Part shown: in pieces, positions 59,787 to 64,000 of the stretch
How positions within the stretch are numbered: position 1 is the stretch's first letter
Layout: each line of letters opens with the position of its first letter
Assembly (NCBI GenBank): GCA_016795485.1
Contig: JAEUHM010000030.1
Span: 60,369-124,368 of the forward strand
DNA from: Verrucomicrobiaceae bacterium
GTDB taxonomy: Bacteria; Verrucomicrobiota; Verrucomicrobiia; Verrucomicrobiales; Verrucomicrobiaceae
Reading direction: 5' to 3'
Length of the DNA: 64,000 bases
Made by a program: the position numbers and the translations under genes
The notes under the pieces: model-generated
Told to the model about the DNA's origin: nothing
The model's database searches: none
What the model saw: only the letters and a program-made list of their open reading frames with translations

Positions 59787-60944
59787 TTAACTGAAGAATC
59801 TCTTTGCCTTGTCGAGGAAGCTTTCTTCTTGGGGCGAACTGTGGTCACCGATTGACTCTTTGAAGGCCATCAGCTTTTCACGTTGCTCAGGGTTCAGTTT
59901 CGTTGGCACTGCGATCGTGACGTGCACATAAAGATCGCCGTGATTGTCGCGGCCCATGACTTTCACGCCTTTTCCGCGAATGCGGAATGTCGTCCCGTTC
60001 TGCGTGCCAGCTGGAATCTTCACGATTGCTTTGCCAGACAGAGTTGGAACCTCCAATTCTCCGCCCAGGGCAGCCGTCGTGAATGCAAGAGGCATGTCAC
60101 AGTGCAGGTCATCGCCTTCTCGCTCAAAAATGTCATGCTGCTTGAGCCGAATGAGAACGTAGAGGTCTCCAGGAGGGCCTCCTCGCTGTCCCTGGTCGCC
60201 GTTTCCGGTGGACCGGAGTTGGGTGCCTTCCTCAATACCGGCGGGAATACGCAAACGGATTTTGGTGCGCTCCTTTTGACGTCCAATGCCATGGCAGGCC
60301 TTGCATGGATCTGAGACTACTTCCCCCGAGCCATCACAGTCAGGACACGTCTGCTGAATCTGGAAAAATCCGCGAGAAGTGATGACTTGGCCTGCACCAC
60401 CGCACGTTTTGCAGGTCTTACGGCCACCACCACTGGTGGAGCCGCTGCCAGAACAGGATTTACACGGCACGAGTTTTTCGACCTCGATCTCCTTCTCCAA
60501 ACCGGCGGCGGCTTCCTCTAACGTCAGGTCCAGCGTGTAACGAAGATCGCTGCCTCGCTGCGGACCGCTGGATGAACGGCGGCTGCCGCGGCCTCCACCA
60601 CCAAAAAAGTGCTCAAAGATACCACCACCAGCACCGCCAAATACCTCACGGAAGAGGTCCATGGGGTCATGGAAACCTCCGCCACCGCCGCCAGCCCCGG
60701 CACCGGGCATTCCACCCTGGAAAGCGGCATGCCCATAGCGGTCATACGCAGCTCGTTTTTCTGGGTCGTTGAGCACATCGTACGCCTCACCCACTTCTTT
60801 GAACTTCTCTTCAGCCGATTTGTCCCCAGGATTCTTGTCTGGGTGATACTGCACAGCCAGCTTGCGGTAGGCTTTCTTTAAATCCTCGGGGGTAGAGGTC
60901 TTGGCGACCCCGAGAACTTCATAGTAGTCACGTTTTGCGGCCAT
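59787..60944 (-). CDS. dnaJ: Molecular chaperone DnaJ.
   Basis: J-domain with HPD, G/F-rich region, four CxxCxGxG zinc-finger repeats. Confidence 0.9.
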   Translation of the reverse strand: MAAKRDYYEVLGVAKTSTPEDLKKAYRKLAVQYHPDKNPGDKSAEEKFKEVGEAYDVLNDPEKRAAYDRYGHAAFQGGMPGAGAGGGGGGFHDPMDLFREVFGGAGGGIFEHFFGGGGRGSRRSSSGPQRGSDLRYTLDLTLEEAAAGLEKEIEVEKLVPCKSCSGSGSTSGGGRKTCKTCGGAGQVITSRGFFQIQQTCPDCDGSGEVVSDPCKACHGIGRQKERTKIRLRIPAGIEEGTQLRSTGNGDQGQRGGPPGDLYVLIRLKQHDIFEREGDDLHCDMPLAFTTAALGGELEVPTLSGKAIVKIPAGTQNGTTFRIRGKGVKVMGRDNHGDLYVHVTIAVPTKLNPEQREKLMAFKESIGDHSSPQEESFLDKAKRFFS

Positions 60945-60975
60945 GTGGATGGATTAGTGGATTGGGAAACTCGGG

Positions 60976-61536
60976 TTACGATGCGGCAGGACCGCTGGAG
61001 ACGACGACCGTGGCCGGGCGCAAGAGTCTATCTTTCAACATGAAGCCTTTCCTCATCACGCGGATGACTGAGCCTTCTGCGACATCAGTGCTGGGTTCCT
61101 GGGAGACTGCGTCATGTAAGTTCGGGTCAAAACCCTGGCCGACAGGACAGATATCCTGCACTCCGAAGTCTTTGAGGAAGTCCTGAAGTTGTTTTTGCAC
61201 CATGTTCATGCCCATGAAGATCATGGACTTCTCCGACTCGGCGCGTGCTGCCTCCAGTCCCATCTCGAAGCTGTCCAGAATGGGGAACAGGCTGCGGAGA
61301 AGGTCGGCATTGGCATAAGTCCTGGCTTCTTGGGTCTCGCGAGACATGCGTTTACGGAAGTTGTCCAACTCCGCTGCATTCCGGTAGGCGAGGTCCTTCC
61401 AGCGACTTGCCTCTGCTTGTGCCTCAGTAAGGGGATCAGCGGGAGGTGTCTCCGCTTCTGGAGTCTCAACCGCAGCAGGAATGTCGGGATTGGGTGCTGG
61501 CTCGACGTCTGGCGTCTGGGTGTTGTTTGAATCCAT
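60976..61536 (-). CDS. grpE: Nucleotide exchange factor GrpE.
   Basis: GrpE C-terminal motifs (DNFRKR...GMNMVQKQL...GFMLKDRLLRPATV). Confidence 0.85.
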   Translation of the reverse strand: MDSNNTQTPDVEPAPNPDIPAAVETPEAETPPADPLTEAQAEASRWKDLAYRNAAELDNFRKRMSRETQEARTYANADLLRSLFPILDSFEMGLEAARAESEKSMIFMGMNMVQKQLQDFLKDFGVQDICPVGQGFDPNLHDAVSQEPSTDVAEGSVIRVMRKGFMLKDRLLRPATVVVSSGPAAS

Positions 61537-61590
61537 GGCTTTTTCGATTTTTGGGGAGGCTGACTATGCACAGTCCCTCAAAGGATTCAA

Positions 61591-62874
61591 ATGATGACGA
61601 AAATGGCTGCCGATGACGCAACTTCAATGCATAGGCTGCGTTTCAAATGCTCCCCAATGATCTCTAGCGCTTCCACTTTCCTGATTCCCGCCGCCGATGC
61701 CACGTGGCGAGTGTGGCGCGCAAGGGCGAGCGCCCCTTCTGAAGCGCTGGACGCTCCGGCGCACTATGGTGACAAAAGCAAGCCGGTGGTTGTTGGCTTG
61801 CCGGCGACTGCGTGCCGCTCGATAAGCCTGATTTTGCCACATGCTGACCACCAACTCATGGGTGAGATGGTGGCCTCTCAATTGGAAAGGCGCGGCCTAA
61901 AGGGGCCTGGTGGCGGCCCTCCAGCGTTTCGTTGGCATTTGCTTGGGAACTCAGGACCCCACGCCATTGTGGCTGTGGATGTGCTGGCAGAGCCATTTCC
62001 TGATGAGTTGGCCGTCACTCACGCAGCGAGTTATACCTCGGCTCTGCGGCTCGTGCATCTTCCTCCGGGACAGTTGATTATTGTTGAGGAGCAGGGCGAC
62101 TTAGTGATTGCGGCAAACCATCAAGGCAAACTTCAGCACAGCCATGTCTTCGCACAGAGTCCGGCGGACCTCGAAACCATCGCTCAGGAAGTAGCACTGA
62201 CCAAGCTTGCATTGGAGGGGCAGCCAGGGACCACGCCAGTGACGGGTGTGACTTTGATTGGCGAATGGGATGCAGATTTGGTGGCCGGGCTGCGGAAGCA
62301 ATTGGGACTGACCGTGCAAGAAGTGGAGCGGCTTGCTCCATCGGCCACCTTGGACACCAAACACTGGACTGAACTCCTGCCGCCGAGCGTGGCAGAGGCT
62401 CGTGCTGCTGCGGCAAGAAGGTCGAAGTGGCTGCGTCTCGGTTTTCTTGGTGCCATGCTTTACGCCTCACTCATTTTCCTTGGCGTGGTCTATCTTCGCT
62501 CACGCCAGGAGGTGGCGGATGCGCTCGCAGCGGATGTCTCAAAGACTTCGGCCCCGGCTGCGGAACTGCGCCAGACTGCGGAGCGGTGGAAGGCAATGCT
62601 CCCTGCGATTGAGTCGAAGCGGTTTCCGTTGGTGATTCTCGATCAAATCACAGCGCTGCTTCCGCCATCAGGCATTGTTTTTCGTGATTTTGAAATGTCT
62701 CTGGCCGAAGTCGAAGTGCGTGGCGAAGCACGTGATGCACAAACAGCCTTCCAACTCTTGGAAGACTTGAAGAAGCACAAGGAACTCAGCCGATACGACT
62801 GGACGATGCCACAACCGCAGATCCGGGATAACAAGACGGCATCTTTCCGTCTACAGGGCAAACTAAAGCCATGA
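61591..62874 (+). CDS. GspL- or PilM/PilN-like assembly-platform protein of a type II secretion / type IV pilus system. Assignment is tentative.
   Basis: Cytoplasmic domain, one TM helix (LGFLGAMLYASLIFLGVVYL), periplasmic C-terminal domain. Followed by a GspM/PilO-like gene with a 4-nt overlap. Confidence 0.35.
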   Translation: MMTKMAADDATSMHRLRFKCSPMISSASTFLIPAADATWRVWRARASAPSEALDAPAHYGDKSKPVVVGLPATACRSISLILPHADHQLMGEMVASQLERRGLKGPGGGPPAFRWHLLGNSGPHAIVAVDVLAEPFPDELAVTHAASYTSALRLVHLPPGQLIIVEEQGDLVIAANHQGKLQHSHVFAQSPADLETIAQEVALTKLALEGQPGTTPVTGVTLIGEWDADLVAGLRKQLGLTVQEVERLAPSATLDTKHWTELLPPSVAEARAAAARRSKWLRLGFLGAMLYASLIFLGVVYLRSRQEVADALAADVSKTSAPAAELRQTAERWKAMLPAIESKRFPLVILDQITALLPPSGIVFRDFEMSLAEVEVRGEARDAQTAFQLLEDLKKHKELSRYDWTMPQPQIRDNKTASFRLQGKLKP

Positions 62875-63440
62875 CCAAGGGACTTTCAGCAAGAGAACGG
62901 CGACTGCTCGCGGCATGCGGAGCAGTCCTTTTGATTTCTGCATCGACTCTTCTAGCCAAAGAGTTTCTAGACCGCCGGGTTAACCTAGAAAAGACGATTG
63001 CTGGACTGGAGGGCGAGAAGCTGGAGAACGATGCGTGGCTCAAGGATCGTGATTTCCTGGACAGAAGGAAAGCGTGGCTGGAGAAGAACCTGCCGACGAC
63101 TGAGTCGTTAGGCCGCGCGCAAGGCCAGCTACTAGAGGAGTTCCAGAACGGAGCGCTGGATCGCGGAATCAAGATACTGAACAGCCAACTCCCAGCGGCT
63201 CATTCCACGGCAAACTATCGTGAGGTGGGAGTGACTCTGAAATTGTATGGCGAGCAGGCAAAGATCCTCGCTTGGCTGGCGACCTTGCAAAGTCCTGAGA
63301 AGTTTTATGTCATCAAGGCACTGGAACTTGACCCAGACAGTCGCAGTCGTGAGCCTCTGCCACAGATCGAGTGCGATGTAACCGTGGCACGCTGGTTCAA
63401 GCCAGATGTAGACGCCGCAGAGGTTGAATCTGAGGATTAA
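62871..63440 (+). CDS. GspM/PilO-like bitopic membrane protein (tentative).
   Basis: N-terminal TM, coiled coil, C-terminal alpha/beta domain. Overlapping start. Confidence 0.3.
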   Translation: MTKGLSARERRLLAACGAVLLISASTLLAKEFLDRRVNLEKTIAGLEGEKLENDAWLKDRDFLDRRKAWLEKNLPTTESLGRAQGQLLEEFQNGALDRGIKILNSQLPAAHSTANYREVGVTLKLYGEQAKILAWLATLQSPEKFYVIKALELDPDSRSREPLPQIECDVTVARWFKPDVDAAEVESED

Positions 63441-63455
63441 CATCATGAAACGCTG

Positions 63456-64000
63456 TTTTGCCCTGCTTCTGAGCTTTCTAGTCATTTCTGCATTTGCAGC
63501 GGAGGATGATTCGGATTTACCCCAGCCATTTGATCCGACAACGCTCACCAACTTGATGAGTGCTTCGCCATTCAATCGGGCGATCAATCCTTCTGATACG
63601 CTAGTCTTGACGGGACTTGCCTATGTTGGTGGCAAGCCAATTGCTCATTTGCTGGATACCGAGACCAAAAAGACTCATGTGCTGTCGGAGAAGCCCGCTA
63701 GCAATGGTTGGATGCTTGTAAGCGCAGTGCCCGCACGTGACTTCAATCAAGCTCAGGTGAAGATTCAGATCGGCGGTGAGACCGTCACCATTCGAAGCAA
63801 CTCTGCAGCGGTCGCTGCTTCCAGGAAAACCAGTTCCGGTGGAGCGCCTCCCCCACCACCCTCGGGAGACCGAGGTCGTGGACCAAGTGAGGGAGATCGC
63901 GGTTATTCGAGAGGCAATAGAGGCCCGTCAAAAGAGGACATGGATAAGTTTCAACGGATGTCGCCAGAAGCTCAGGAGAAGATGCGCAACTTCTTTCGCG
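63456..64000 (+). CDS. Secreted hypothetical protein, 3'-truncated by the window end (possibly PilP/GspC-like).
   Basis: ATG at 63456 with a signal peptide MKRCFALLLSFLVISAFA. Open to the end of the window. Gly/Arg/Pro-rich tail. Confidence 0.3.

Noticed and set aside
61537-61600. CIRCE (HrcA) element upstream of grpE
   Set aside because: I looked for TTAGCACTC-N9-GAGTGCTAA and found no match in the grpE upstream region.

Overview
This 64-kb window looks like a chromosomal segment of a Verrucomicrobia/PVC-type bacterium. It is about 55-58% GC, many proteins carry signal peptides, and it encodes PVC-type heme-binding, DUF1573 and NHL proteins. I see no rRNA, tRNA or CRISPR array.

The first ~5.7 kb is accessory-like. 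It holds a 5'-truncated FG-GAP surface protein, a low-GC membrane protein of unknown function, a block of 208-bp direct repeats plus a 21-bp minisatellite, and two small genes, one with collagen-like triplets.

The core region contains:
- a di-heme cytochrome c peroxidase with an N-terminal extension, divergent from a protein with a CusF/CusB-like metal-binding motif
- an alkyltransferase-like (ATL) protein with PWHRV in place of the catalytic PCHRV
- a large HEAT/cytochrome c protein, an esterase and an NHL protein
- an orphan nuoB-nuoC pair preceded by a perfect CRP-type palindrome, followed by a creatininase-family gene
- an exopolysaccharide locus (two GT4 glycosyltransferases, a secreted protein, a Wzc-like chain-length determinant, a methyltransferase)
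- a HisC-like aminotransferase, a neutral ceramidase with a LamG domain, cutA and a PAS histidine kinase

The most unusual part is a tightly packed same-strand cluster at 30315-40746: NfeD-like, flotillin, a 1639-aa protein whose only recognisable domain is a C-terminal RuvB/Lon-like AAA+ module, a GAF-PP2C phosphatase, a MotA/ExbB-like channel with no ExbD/MotB partner, and a small 4-TM protein. I propose this as a candidate uncharacterised flotillin-associated system.

Further along there is a REP-associated tyrosine transposase (RAYT) flanked by arrays of a ~158-bp structured REP unit. The same REP core appears in the repeat block near 4.0 kb. A 21-bp palindromic tandem repeat lies just upstream of the REP array.

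The remainder is housekeeping: formate-THF ligase, an O-antigen-ligase-like protein, an Mn/Zn ABC importer with an outer-membrane barrel and a divergent MntR, LptF/G, rhodanese, DUF1573, ThuA, an esterase, a frameshifted OMP, GTP-PEPCK, a HIBADH-family reductase, a small K+ channel, grpE-dnaJ, and GspL/M- or PilMNO-like genes at the window edge.
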